A stretch of 64,000 nucleotides of DNA from Camelus ferus. Lineage: Eukaryota. Below are positions 26,758-38,711 of this stretch, in pieces. The stretch spans positions 59,150,001-59,214,000 of the forward strand of contig NC_045696.1 in the NCBI RefSeq assembly GCF_009834535.1. Direction: 5' to 3'. Under the pieces are notes generated by a model. That model was given only the letters and a program-made list of their open reading frames with translations, made no database searches and was not told the DNA's origin. A program made the position numbers and the translations under genes. Position 1 is the first letter of the stretch; each line of letters starts with the position of its first letter.

Positions 26758-27254
26758 CAATGTTGTCCAATAGAAGTATAATGTAAACCATATGTGCAAT
26801 TTAAAATTTTCCAGTAGCTATATTAAAAGAGTAAAAAATAGGTAAAATTAATTTTTGTTTTATTCAAATCAATATAGCCAAAATCTTAACATTTCAATAT
26901 GTAATTAACATTAAAAATTGAGATATTTTATGTTTTGCATTAAATCTTCTATGCATACTGTGTATTTTACTATAAAGCATATTTCAATCTGGATGGTAAA
27001 TTTTCATCAGAAATCCTTGATCTGTATTTACATTTAATAAAATGTACAGTTGAAAAAGTAGATTCATTTACTCAAGTTATTCCAAACATATTTAAAAGTT
27101 TTCTAATAACTAGATCAAGTGTCAGTTTTCAAAGTTAAATTTAAATTAATTAAAACTAAATAACATTTATAATTCAGCACCTTGGTTGTACTAGCCACTC
27201 TTGGAGTGCCTGATTGGCCACTTGTGGCTAGTGACTATCATCTTAAGCAGTGCA
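26758..27254. mobile_element. MER3/MER33/Charlie1-derived hAT element
   Basis: Starts caatgttgtccaatagaa; ends ...ctagccac...ccacttgtggctagtgacta... Confidence 0.75.
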
Positions 27255-28229
27255 AATAAAGACAATGTGAGGCTAAATGTGACTGGCCTCCAAGATAGGT
27301 TAGTAAACTGTTTTCTCTGCCTTACTTCTCTGATGCAGGACCATCAGCAACACCAACCTCTAGTCCTCTGAATGCTCTACCCTCATTTTCTCAGCCTCTT
27401 TGCCTGGATCCTGAGCTCTTAGTGTCTAGGGCAATTGCTATAGATGATTTTCTAGACCTTACCCTTTCCCTAAGCTGAATCTAAGCAGGTACTGCTATGC
27501 TAACACTTTTGGCCCACATCAACTGTGGAACTAGCTGGTTCCATTCTAGCTGGTTTCATCTGAATTGCCATTGTGGACATTTTCATCTCCATTTAGGGCT
27601 TTCTTGTTCTATAGGCCTCTATGGAACAACGTGATCAAAACTTGCTTATCCTAAACTGCATTATTACATTTAATTAAGTCAGGAAGTTAACTGTGAGGGT
27701 GTAAAATATCCTTGGCTATTCACTGTCAATCGGTGGCAGGCTTTCTTTCCTTATATAGCTACCTAACTTGGAATTTTCCCTTCCTAGGTACCATGTCTTC
27801 TAACTGTGCAGCTCAAAATGTTGAGCTACTGAACCCACTGAGAATATATGCATATACATAGAGTATTTTTTAAATAATAAGTATACACATGAAACCCAAC
27901 CAATTTGCAAGTATCTACGGAAACAAGGGGCAGGGAGAACAAAGATAACCTTACACACCTACCAAATGTTATTCTGAGTTTGAACCTCTTCTCCCATAAA
28001 ACCTAGTCACTTTTTTTCCTACTTTTTTTCTTGGGAAAGTGATAGTAAACAAAGTAACTACTCAGTGATTAGAAGCTAAATAGAGGGGGAGAAAAAAAGT
28101 ACCAGCACACACACACCTGAATAACCAATGTTACTACCATGAAAGACCAACTGCATAATCCCAATAATTTATCAACCCCCCCCCCCAAATAAGCATTACG
28201 TTTAAGTAAATAGGAGAAAAAATACTTAC

Positions 28230-28352
28230 AAATTTCTTTGCGGACTACTGAAGGAAAAGCATGCTTTTCATGTCCTTTCTTCTTAGATCCGTATCTTTTG
28301 CTTTCCAAAGGTTTGGGGTTATATCTATTTCCCAAATATGCTATTTCTGAAC
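28230..28352 (-). CDS. CCDC14: CCDC14 exon 5 ([41 protein letters not shown])
   Basis: atag|GT ... T|gtaagt, 123 nt. Confidence 0.93.
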
Positions 28353-28444
28353 CTATTAATAATTAAGACAAAAATTCATTAACATTAAGAGAACTACTTA
28401 ATTGAGAAAAGGTGATCAGCAAATAAACATTTAAAAAATAAAAC

Positions 28445-28514
28445 CTGAATCTTCATTTCTTAAAATGTCCCGCAGAAGAGAGGCACAACCATCAAGCCCC
28501 TGTACAGTTTCAGT
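28445..28514 (-). CDS. CCDC14: CCDC14 exon 4 ([23 protein letters not shown])
   Basis: acag|ACT ... CAG|gtttta, 70 nt. Confidence 0.93.
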
Positions 28515-28762
28515 CTGTAAGGAGAAAGTCATTGAAAAATTTGTACATAAAATTTTAATGTAGGAAACAAAATTCTGTAATTTTAAAACTTCCTTATTTA
28601 GAAATAACTTATTATTGGTAGAAAACATGTATTGAAGCAAAAAGCCTTCACTCTTCATAACGGCAATTAATACTTTACCTTTGAATTTTTATTCCCACTT
28701 CTTAGCTTTTACCTGAAACTAACTAAAATTGTATATATTGTATCTGTTCAGCTTAATCTTAC

Positions 28763-28835
28763 CTGACTTTCTGAATCGGAATGAGTGGGACAGCCAGAAT
28801 CTGCATTAAAACGGGGTATCTTTCTTACATGGGTC
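28763..28835 (-). CDS. CCDC14: CCDC14 exon 3 (THVRKIPRFNADSGCPTHSDSESQ)
   Basis: ctag|G ... CAG|gtaaga, 73 nt. Confidence 0.93.
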
Positions 28836-29160
28836 CTAGAAAACAAGTTTGTTAATATTTTTACAAGTAATACAAAAAGTTTTTTTTCTCAAAATACATT
28901 ATAGTCATTTTCTTTCCAGCAAAGGTTGGATAAGAAAGCTTGTCCAACTATGTAAAAGATTTACGCAGGACTTTATAAAGATTATAAAGCCTATTAAACA
29001 CTCAGATGATCGACATGGGTAGATAGGCAAGGTTCCTCCCCAGAGTTTTGTGAAGGTAGAGACCCATCTAGTTTTCTGGGATAGGCAAAATTTAGTCCAG
29101 CCCAAAGACCTGAAAATCTCTTGACATTTCCTGAAATTGAAGACTTCCTTAAGTACTTAC

Positions 29161-29216
29161 CCTTTCTTCCCACTTGTTAACTTAGCAGGTCCAGGGTGCT
29201 TTCCTGAAGATAACAC
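29161..29216 (-). CDS. CCDC14: CCDC14 exon 2 (VLSSGKHPGPAKLTSGKKG)
   Basis: gtag|GTG ... GG|gtaagt, 56 nt. Confidence 0.93.
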
Positions 29217-29314
29217 CTACGACATAATGCATTACATTGTAGTAGGTAAACAAACATTTTTCTATTATATTCTCAGTATCCTGTTTTAACAAAACCTGAA
29301 ATGTCATTGCTTCC

Positions 29315-29705
29315 TTTCTTTATTGTAGTAAAACATACGTAACAGAAAAAGTATCAGCCACTTTAAAGTATATAGTTCTATGGTATTAAATACATTCACG
29401 TTGTTGTACAATCATCATTACCATCCATCTCCAGAACTTATTTATCTTACAAACTGAAATTCAGTACCCATTAATCATTAACCTCTCATCCCCTACTTCT
29501 CTGAGTCTTTGATAACCACCCTTTAATTTGTCTCTATTAATTTGGCTACTCAAGGAAGCTCATATAAATGGAATCATACATTATTTGTCCTTTCGTGACT
29601 GGCTTATTCTGCTTAGCATAGTATCTTCAAGGTTCATCCATGCTGCAGCATGTGCAAAGTTCTCTTCCTTGCTAAGGTTGAATAATATTCCATTTTATGT
29701 ATGTA
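29315..29705 (-). mobile_element. L1MB-like 3' end
   Basis: ccatccatctccagaact...ggaatcatacattatttgtcc...aatattccatt 3'-UTR motifs. Confidence 0.8.
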
Positions 29706-30959
29706 TCATGTTATCTATTTTTAATAAAATCCATGATTACAATTGAACTCTTATAATTTGTTCTATATAAAATGTCAAGCAACACAAGCATTTGTTCCAT
29801 AAATTTATTTAAGCTGAAAATGAAGTTGAGATATTATTTTAACCAGATGTCCCTACTATACTAAGTTTGGACTATAATCAGTCCCTGAACATGTAATACA
29901 TTCATCAATTCTTCAAAACATGCAAGTTAATTCCAGATATAGAACAGAATTCTTAACTCGGATTCTATTTATCCACATTCTTTAGAATATCTGACAAGAC
30001 TAGTGCATGAAAACTCTATCATTCCTCTTTATCTACATCTTATCCTCTCAATCTTTATTTTTAAACTCATATTTATGAGTCATGTTTTTTTAATTTTTAA
30101 CTTTAAAGGTAATTTAAGTGGGCTACTTTCTGTATAGAATACAGAAAAAAATGTATTTGCTTCTATATGTATCCAATATCTTGGGAGTTATACGAGAAAC
30201 AACTAATTGCATTTGCCTCTCGGGAAGGAAACTGAGTATCTGGGAGACAGAGCAATAAGGGACTTTCCATGGTTACCTTTTTGTATCTTAATAACTTTAT
30301 ATCTGATAAATATTTCTATTCAAAATATAATTTTTAAAAGATGGTTAAATTCCATACTCACTCCCTCGTTTTACCCTTCAGGTATTGTCATTGTTGGCAA
30401 TTACATTTATGATTTTTTTGGACATGTTTACACATTTCATCCCAAGATAGCTTTAGGTTGTAACTATTAAACTTCCTGGAGTTATATAATATTCTATTAT
30501 TTGCTTGCATATATATACTCTCCTTCTAAGAATGCTACTGAGAACACAGTTTTTAAACTGGGTTGATAAGAGTTTTACTTTTCCTTAAGATAACTTGGAA
30601 TATGATGGAGATACTCTGAGATTATGCAGACATCATATTAATCAAACTTTCATCCAGTAGTTTTGACACCCACTGAGGATTCTTGACTTAATCATGTGTC
30701 AAGTGGTTATTTTTCTAACTTACATCATTCCTTCCACATTTATTAGCTGGCATTCAACATTTGTGAAGTACTTTTTCATTTGTTACATGGACTCATTGAT
30801 TCCTATTTTATTTAATGGGTTATGATGCATTATTATCATTATTTATTTTGATGTTCAAATTGTCCCAGATTCTGTCAGTAGGAGCCTCTTCAAACCTTAA
30901 CATATGTCCCCATTATTTTTTAGCTATTCCTTACTTTCTAAAATAAGGTGCTATGGGTT

Positions 30960-31840
30960 TTGTTTTGTTTTTTTTTATTGTTAGAATATTTAACATGACA
31001 TCTACCCTCTTAACAAATTTTTTTAAGTGTACAATACAGTGTTAACAATAGGCATGATGTTGTTCAACAGATCTCTAGAACTTACTTTTACGTTAACTAA
31101 AACTTTATACCCATTGAATAGCAACTCTCCATTTCCCATTCCCTCCAGCTCCTGGCAACTACCAATCTACTCTGCTTCTATTACTTTATTTTAGATACCT
31201 AAGAGGCTGAATAATATTCCATTGTGTAACCACTAGTCTATCAAGGGATATTTAGGTTGTTACACCTCGAATGTTGTGAATAATGTTGTAATGAACATGA
31301 GAGTGCAAATATCTCTTCAAGATCCTGTTTTTAATTCTTTTGGATAAATATCCAAAGTGGGACTGCTGGATCATATGATAGTTCTATTTTTAATTTTTGA
31401 GGAAACTTTTTAATAGTGGCTGCACTCTTTTACATTCCCATTAACAATGTACAAAGGTTCAAATTTTCTACATCCTCTCCAACACTTGGTTTTTTTTTTT
31501 TTTATAATAACCATCCTAACAGGTGTGAAGTGATATCTCATCGTGGTTTTGATTTGCATTTCCCTAATGATTAGTGAAGTTGAGCATCTTTTCATATACC
31601 TGCTGGCCATTTGTATGTCTTAAAGAAATGTCTGTTCAAGCCCTTTGCCCATTTTTCAATCAGGTTATTTGTTTTTCTGATACTGAGTTTTGGGAGTTCC
31701 TTATACATTTTGGTTATGAACACTTTAGATATATGGCTTACAAATATTTTTTTCCCATTCCATAAGTTGCTTTTTCACTCCATTAACTGTTTCCTTAGCT
31801 GCGCAGAAGTTTTGTATTTTGATGTATCCAGTCCCACTTT
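30960..31840 (-). mobile_element. L1MA-like 3' end nested in older L1 sequence
   Basis: [31 protein letters not shown]2 remnant; T-tail at left. Confidence 0.85.
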
Positions 31841-34179
31841 ATAATTTCCCTGCCTCAGCCCTGGAGTTAACCATTTCTCTGAGCAGTCGTGGTTCTTTTT
31901 AGTGGACAACAGCATTTAGAAACCAAGATCTAGGCATGAGGTGTGCTCTGTGCTATTAGGTCTTCATATGGATAATTTACTTAGTCATCATGGCTAGATA
32001 GTTGCAATTTTGACTCTTGTGTTTTTACTTTCAAATATTTTTCCATATTAACACAGTCTTCAAATTTTTTAAATGGTTGTACAGTATTTCCTTGAGAGGA
32101 AGTAATACAATGTGTTCTTGGTTTGCTTCATATTTTTCACAATTAAAAAACAAACCTGAAATAAACCTTTTCATATATTGAAAATAGCCTTTCATATTCA
32201 GGATTAAAAGCTTAATTATTTGGTAAAAGGTTATTAGTAGTTTAATGCAAAACTGCTTTCCAAAAGAAGTGCCCCAAATGGCAATGCATGAAGGAATCAT
32301 TTTGCTTTATTGTACATTTACTTCCACTAGGTATCATCATTTAACTTTTTACTTTGCTGTTTGAGAAAACCGTATTTCTTAGGAGTCGTATCTTCCACCA
32401 ACAAGTGCAAGATAAAATTACATGCATGGAATAACTTAGAGCATACTAAAGCTTTCGTTTCCACTTAATCCACATCTGCAAGTTGCTATTATTTCTGTGA
32501 GGTAGGACCCTAAATTTCAGAAAGGTGGCTTGTTCAGTCTTACATGTAACTAAGTATAATGTTTAAAAGAATGGACTCTGACACCAGCTATTTGGACTCT
32601 GACACCAGCTATTTGGGTCTGAATCCTGTCTCCACTGCTAACCAGTTGTGTAACTGTAGGAGAGTTATCTGAACTCTCCATCCCTCAATTTCCTCATCTA
32701 ATGAGGATAATAGTATCTACTTCCTAAGGCTATAGTGAAAACTAAATGAGAAATTATATGTAATACGTAAAAGCACTTAAATAGTGCTGTCACATAACTG
32801 GTACCTAAATGTTAGCTGCTATTATTACCATTAAGATGGTAATAAACTAAGTATTTTCCAGGAGACTAAACTTGCACATTTTATGCCAAGTTTGAAATAG
32901 ATGTTTTACCAGGTTCTCTCATTCAATCTCCCCAATTCTTTGCTGGCAGCATTTTATAGAGAAGGGAAAGGAGGCTCAAGAATTAGAGTACTTTGGTTAC
33001 TATCACTATGATAGTAGTGGCAGAACTGTAATTTGAATCTGTACAAAAACCATGTTTTTCCCTTGCTGACTGCACATATTTTGAGTTCACTCAATATAAA
33101 AGAAAAATCTATAAGGGTGGGGCTGGTCTGGAAGTACTCATGAAGAAAGTCTTGAGCTGGGTCTTGGAAAAAAAAGTGTAAGATTCACATTAATGGGGAA
33201 GCAGCATTAAAAGTGAGTTGATAAATAAAGGAGAAAAAAGGGTGGTGGTAGTGTGGATATACTTGAGTAAGATCACTCTAAGTAGAGGGTCTGTGTAAGG
33301 AGCAGTTGCTTCCTATTGATTGACTCCTACCGATAGACTTCCTGAAAATTCAAACTGTAGTAGCTAGGAAGATTAGCAACGCCTTTAGCCTAAACAGTGG
33401 TTTAATAATAATAAGCACACAAAAGAAGCGCTGAGGGGCACCCAAAGAATGGAAATGTGAGAGTGCTAGACAAAGTTTCTAGAAGTGGTCCTTGAGTTGA
33501 GGGACAGGAGACGGCGAGTGGAGATATCAGAGAGAAGGGCATTCTAGGCAGAACAAAGTGCAAAGGCATGGAAGTCTGGGAGAACGCTGGGATCCACGGC
33601 ACGATAAAACAAACAGATGAAGCGTGCTGCGTATTACTGGAACGAGGGTGGGGGCTGGCAAGGAATGCACAGGCCAGATCAAGAAATGGCTGTGTTGACA
33701 GGCCAAAGAACTGAGATTTTACATGGGGAAAAAAAAAGTTTTCCAGAGTTGAATTTTAAGCCGGAAAGAGAATCGACGAGGAAAGTGCATGTGAGAGGGG
33801 TAAGGCTAAATGCAGGGACACTAATTGGGAGACTTATTTTTTAAACTAGTAGTAAAATACCAACAACTGTGACGGAGGATCAGCTAATAGCGGCACTTGT
33901 TGGAAGAGCCTAGATACTGGATTTGATGCAACAACGTCCTGAGGCTCGGAGAGAGGTTAAGTCACCCGAACCAGCGGTGGAGGCTGCACTCAAACCCGGG
34001 CCCCACACCAAAACCAGCGCTCTGGACGACTGTAACGATTAACACAGAATATATGTCTGTGGGCAGGACGGCTGGGCTACGATGTTAAGGTTAGGTACCC
34101 CAGCCCCGCCTGCTCTCCCAGCATTTTTAATGCAGCAGCACTGTCCTTGTTTTTATTTTTTCAAAGGAGGTTGTGCACT

Positions 34180-34880
34180 TCTCCCGGCCCAAGAGTCCCT
34201 CTTCCACCCCTACAGTGGACGCCTCAGGTCCGCAGACCTCACCTGGCCCGGTCGAGATCCGGACCTAACCATCTCTCGCAGCTTCAGGGAAGTCCAGACG
34301 GAGTGAAGCAAAGCCGCACGGTAAAAGGAATTAACCGCCGCAGACTCCCGGCCGCCCTTGGCCCGGCCCCCGAGCTTCCGCTTCCGGGAAGGAGCCCGCC
34401 GAACGTCGCGCCTCATGGTCTCCGGCGCGCAGCCAAGGCCTCTCCTCAAACCCCAACCCGGCTCCCTGGGCTTGCGCAATAGACCCCTCCCGGCTCCGGC
34501 TCGTCACACTCGGGCGGAGGGTGAGAGAACCCCGTAGAACGCAGGCGAGCGCGCGGGGAACGGGGCGGGCCGGGGCGGGCCGGGGCGGGGCGACGGGGTA
34601 AGGCCGGATCCCGTGGGGCAAGGCGGGGAGGGGAGGGGAGAGGCGGGACGAGGAGGGGAGGGGCCGGGCCGCGCGGGAAGGGACGAGGAGCCGGAGTGCT
34701 GGGCTGAGCCGTGTGCTTGGTCACCTGAGAGAACTGAGTTCTTGTGCGTGCGGCGAGGGCTTCTGGTGAAGGACCGCTGCCCTGCCTCAGCTGGGAGAAG
34801 TGGCGGCAGGGACCCGCCAGGAGCCGACGAAGGGACTGCGGTAGAGGGCAGATAGATTTCAGAAGGAATTGCGCTGGCTC
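34180..34880. promoter_or_regulatory. CpG island / CCDC14 promoter with GC boxes (3x CGGGGCGGG[C/G] at 34561-34590), tandem ETS motifs (34375-34387) and TTGCGCAA palindrome (34472-34479)
   Basis: The only strongly GC- and CpG-rich segment in an AT-rich window; it surrounds CCDC14 exon 1. Confidence 0.9.
34243..34416 (-). CDS. CCDC14: CCDC14 coding exon 1 ([17 protein letters not shown]...[11 protein letters not shown]); second in-frame ATG at 34272
   Basis: ACCATGA start at 34416, donor CAG|gtgagg at 34243, 174 nt, inside the CpG island. Which ATG is used is uncertain. Confidence 0.85.
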
Positions 34881-35635
34881 TGGGTTTTGACTCTATTTTT
34901 AGTTTGGTGTTTTGTATGCTATTTTGAATGTTTCTGTTACTGATAATCAATAAAAATCAGTCCTCGGTCTCCTTTGCGTAATTCTGACGGCAGTTTTCAG
35001 AATTTTAATATGACCCTTGATTTCAGAATGGTGCTCATTAGTTGGGATTTTGATTTTCCTTCCATGAATAGTTGTTTACTCTTCAGTGGAGTGATTACTC
35101 TTAATGAAGAATAGCAGTATTCTTGCCGTTGGTATGCTGCACGAATTTTAATGAGAGTGTCTGTATTTTAAGGCATTGAGTTTTGGGTTAATGTTTTACA
35201 TCAAGTTGGGAAGAAATAAAACAACCAAACTGATTACATTTTTTTTAAAGGGAAAAGAGCTATCTTTTGAAAGTTTTAATTACAGTTAAAATAAAACGCC
35301 AGAAACTGGTATCTGTCCACCAATATATTGCATACTCATACTGAGTGATTTGGGGAAGCTAGGTATGTAATAAATCTAACTTTGAATTAGACTAAACTGT
35401 AAAAACTTCTTTCTTCATCCCTCTCCTGTAAGTTTTCAGCATATTAACCTGAGGTTACAGATTTTTTTTTCTTAGTTGACTTTTTTAAACTTACACTGAT
35501 TTTTCTTAATTAATACATGTTTGTTTTAGAAAATATAGGTCAGCAAGAAATAAATATCACTCATGGTCCCACTACCCAGGGAAAACCACTCTTAACAATT
35601 TCGTGCATTTCCTTATAGACTTTTCCCAACTGTGT

Positions 35636-35950
35636 ATAGAGAGTTTCTACTTATGATAGTCCCACTAAGGATTTTTCAACTTTACGGTGGTGTGAAAGCA
35701 ATATGCATTGAGCAGAAACTACTTTGAATTTTGATCTTTTCCCAGGCTAGTGACATGAGGTAAGATACTCATGATGCTGGGCAGTGGTAAGGAGCCTCAG
35801 CTCCCAGTCAGCCACACAGTGAGGAGGGTAAACAGCATATACTCTGCAGTGTACTGTAAGTTATGATGTTCAGTAGGTTAGGTTTGTAAGTGCATTTTTT
35901 ATTTATGATATTTTCAATTTATTATGAATTTATCAAGAAGTAACCTCCAA
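35636..35950. mobile_element. MER47/Tigger5-like TcMar MITE
   Basis: cttatgat...ttttcaactttacg...gatgttcagtaggttaggt...gatattttcaattta, matching recalled MER47 consensus. Confidence 0.7.
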
Positions 35951-36344
35951 AGCGTCCCTTGAGATTCCATCTGAATTTCAGGATGAGTTTTTCCATCTCA
36001 AAATTGGCACTGGGATTGTGATAGGAATTGAATTGTAAATTACTTTGGGTAATATTGACCCCTTAAAATATTATTTCAGTCCATGAACATGGGATGTGCT
36101 GCATTTATTTATGTCTTGATTTCTTTCATCGCTGTTTTGAAGTTTTCATTGTACAACTCTTTCACCTCCTTGGGTAAGTTAATTCCTAAGTATTTTATTC
36201 TTTTTGATGCTATTGTACATGGAATTATTTTCTTAATTTTCTTTTCAGATTGTTCATTGTTAGTTGTACAGGAATGTAATTTTTGTGTGTTGACTTTGTA
36301 TCCTGCTACTTTGTTGAATTCATTTATTAATTCTAACAGTTTTT

Positions 36345-36556
36345 GTGTGTGTGTATGTGTGTAAGAAAAACTTTAATTGCTGTTGGAAAAGCATCTGTAT
36401 GAAGTAGAAATTGGTTTCAAAAACATTAGTAGAGAATATGTTCCACAAATTGGAGGTAACTCGATGTAAAATCCTGGCAGCAATTTAATATAGAACAGTC
36501 CCAGATGGCTAGGCTGAGGCAGACACTTAATGAGGATGAAAGCCTTGTCTGTGGGG
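36345..36556 (-). pseudogene. Short retrocopy of an unidentified polyadenylated RNA 3' end
   Basis: Non-L1 sequence with ATTAAA (36377-36372), a decayed tail and TSD CT[A/G]ACAGTTTTT at 36333-36344 and 36557-36568. Confidence 0.65.
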
Positions 36557-38711
36557 CTGACAGTTTTTTTGTGTGTTTGTTGAGTTTTTAGGATTTTCTA
36601 CATATAAGATAAAGATAATTTTACTAAACAAAGATAATTTTACTTCTTCCTTTCCAATTTCAATGCTTTTATTTCTTTTTCTTGCTTAATTGCTCTGGCT
36701 CCCAGTACTATATTGAATAGAAACAGCAAAAGTGGGCATTCTTGCCTTATTCTTGTTAGAGGAAAAGTCTTCAATCTTTCACCATTGAGTATGTTATTCA
36801 CTGTAGGATTTTCATATGTGGCTTTTATTATACTGAAGTAGTTTCCTTGTATTCCTGGTTTGTTAGGTGTTTCTATTGTGAAGGGATGTTAGTTTTGTCA
36901 AATGCATTTTATGCATCAGTTGAGATGATTATGGGTTTTTTTTTTTTTCCTTCACTCTGTTAGTGTAGCATATTACATTGAAGATTTTTCATGTTGAACC
37001 ATCCCTGCATTCCAGGAATAAATACCACTTGGTCATGATATATACTCTTTTAATATGCTACTGAATTCATTTTTCTAGTATTTTGTTAAGGGTTTTTGCA
37101 TCAGTATTTATAAGGGGTTTTGGTCTATAGTTTTATTGTAGTATCTTTGGCTTTGATATCAGGGTGATGCTGGTCTTATAGAATGCATTAGGAGTTGTTC
37201 CCTCTTCAATTTTTTGGAAAAGTTTGAGTAAGATTGATGTTAGTTATTCTTTAAACGTTTGGCAGAATTCAGTAGTGATGCCCTCAGTTCCAGCATCTTT
37301 CTTTGTCAGGAGATTTTTGATTACTGATTCAATCGTCTGATTAGTTACAGGTCTATTTAGATTTTCTACTTCTTCATGACTTAGTCTTGGTAGATTTTGT
37401 GTTACTAGGAATTTGTACATTTCATGTAGGTTATCCAATTTGTTCATAGTATTCTCTTATAATACTTTTTAATTCTGTGGAATCGATAGTAATGTCCCCA
37501 CTGTCATTTCTAATTTTAGTAATTTCAGTCTTTTCTGTTTTTTTCTTAATCCATCTAGCTAAAGGCTTGTCAATTTTGTTGATCTTTGAAGAATCAACTT
37601 TTGGTTTCATTGATTTTTCTTTACTGTTTTTCTATTCTTCATTTCATTTATCTCTGCTCTAATCTTTATTATTTCTTTCCTTCTGCTAGCTTTGAGTTTA
37701 GGGTTTTCTTTTTAGTTGAGGTATAATTGACTTACAATATTATATTAGTTTCAAGTGTACAACATAGTGATTTGATATGTTTATACATTACAGAAAGATC
37801 ACTGTGATAAGCCTAGTTACCATTTGTCGCCATGCAATTTCTTCTTTGTCAATGTAAATGTTCATAATTATAAATTTCCCCCTTAGCACTACTTTCACTG
37901 CATCCCGTAAGTTTTGGTATTTTTTGTTTTTGTTTTCACTCATCTCTAAGTGTTTTCTAATTTTCCTTATGATTTCTTTTTTGATATATTAGGTGATTAA
38001 GAATATGTTAATTTCCACAAATTTATCACTTTTCCGGTTTTTTGTTACTGATTACTAATTTCATTGTACTTATAGAAGATATTTGTATGATAATCTGTCT
38101 TTTTAAATCTCTTGAGACCTAATGTGTGATCTATTATATGGTCTATTTTGGAAAATGTCCCATGTGCATTTGAGAAGAATATGTATGTTGTTGAGTAGAG
38201 TGTTCTGTACATGTCTGTTAGATTTACTTGGTTTACTATGTTAAATCCTCTATTTCCTTACTTCTCTCTGGTTGTTGTAACCATTATTGAGAGCAGTGTA
38301 TTGAGGTCTCCAATTAATATTATATAGCTATCTATTTCTCCCTTCGGTTTTATCAGTTTTGCTTTATCTATTTTGATGGTCTGTTATTAGGTGCCTAAAT
38401 ATTTATAACTGTTACATCTTCTTGCTGTATTAAGCCTTTTATTAATATATAATGTTCTTCTTTTTCTCTCGTGAACTTTTTTGATTAAAAATCTATTTTG
38501 TCTAATATAAGTATAGCCACACCTGCTCTCTTTTGGTTACTATTTGCTTTGAACATCTTTTTCCATTCTTTAACTATCAATCTATTTGTCTTTGGATCAA
38601 AAATGATTCTCTTGTAAACAGTATATAGTTGGGCCATGTGTTTTTATCCATTATGTTCATCTCTTTCTTTTGGGGAGTTTAATCAATTTACATTTAAAGT
38701 AATTACTGATA

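Larger units (their letters stand above)
4319..34416 (-). other. CCDC14: CCDC14 gene body, coding exons 1-12 (coiled-coil domain-containing 14, centriolar satellite protein); final exon lies left of the window
   Basis: Twelve GT-AG exons splice into one open 1907-nt frame ending in phase 2. The translation matches my recall of mammalian CCDC14 ([15 protein letters not shown]..., [19 protein letters not shown], ...[16 protein letters not shown]). ROPN1 is the neighbouring gene, as in human. Confidence 0.96.

Noticed and set aside
34082..34950. Several overlapping Pro/Arg/Gly-rich ORFs on both strands
   Set aside because: These are expected by-products of the GC-rich CpG island; only 34243-34416 splices into CCDC14.
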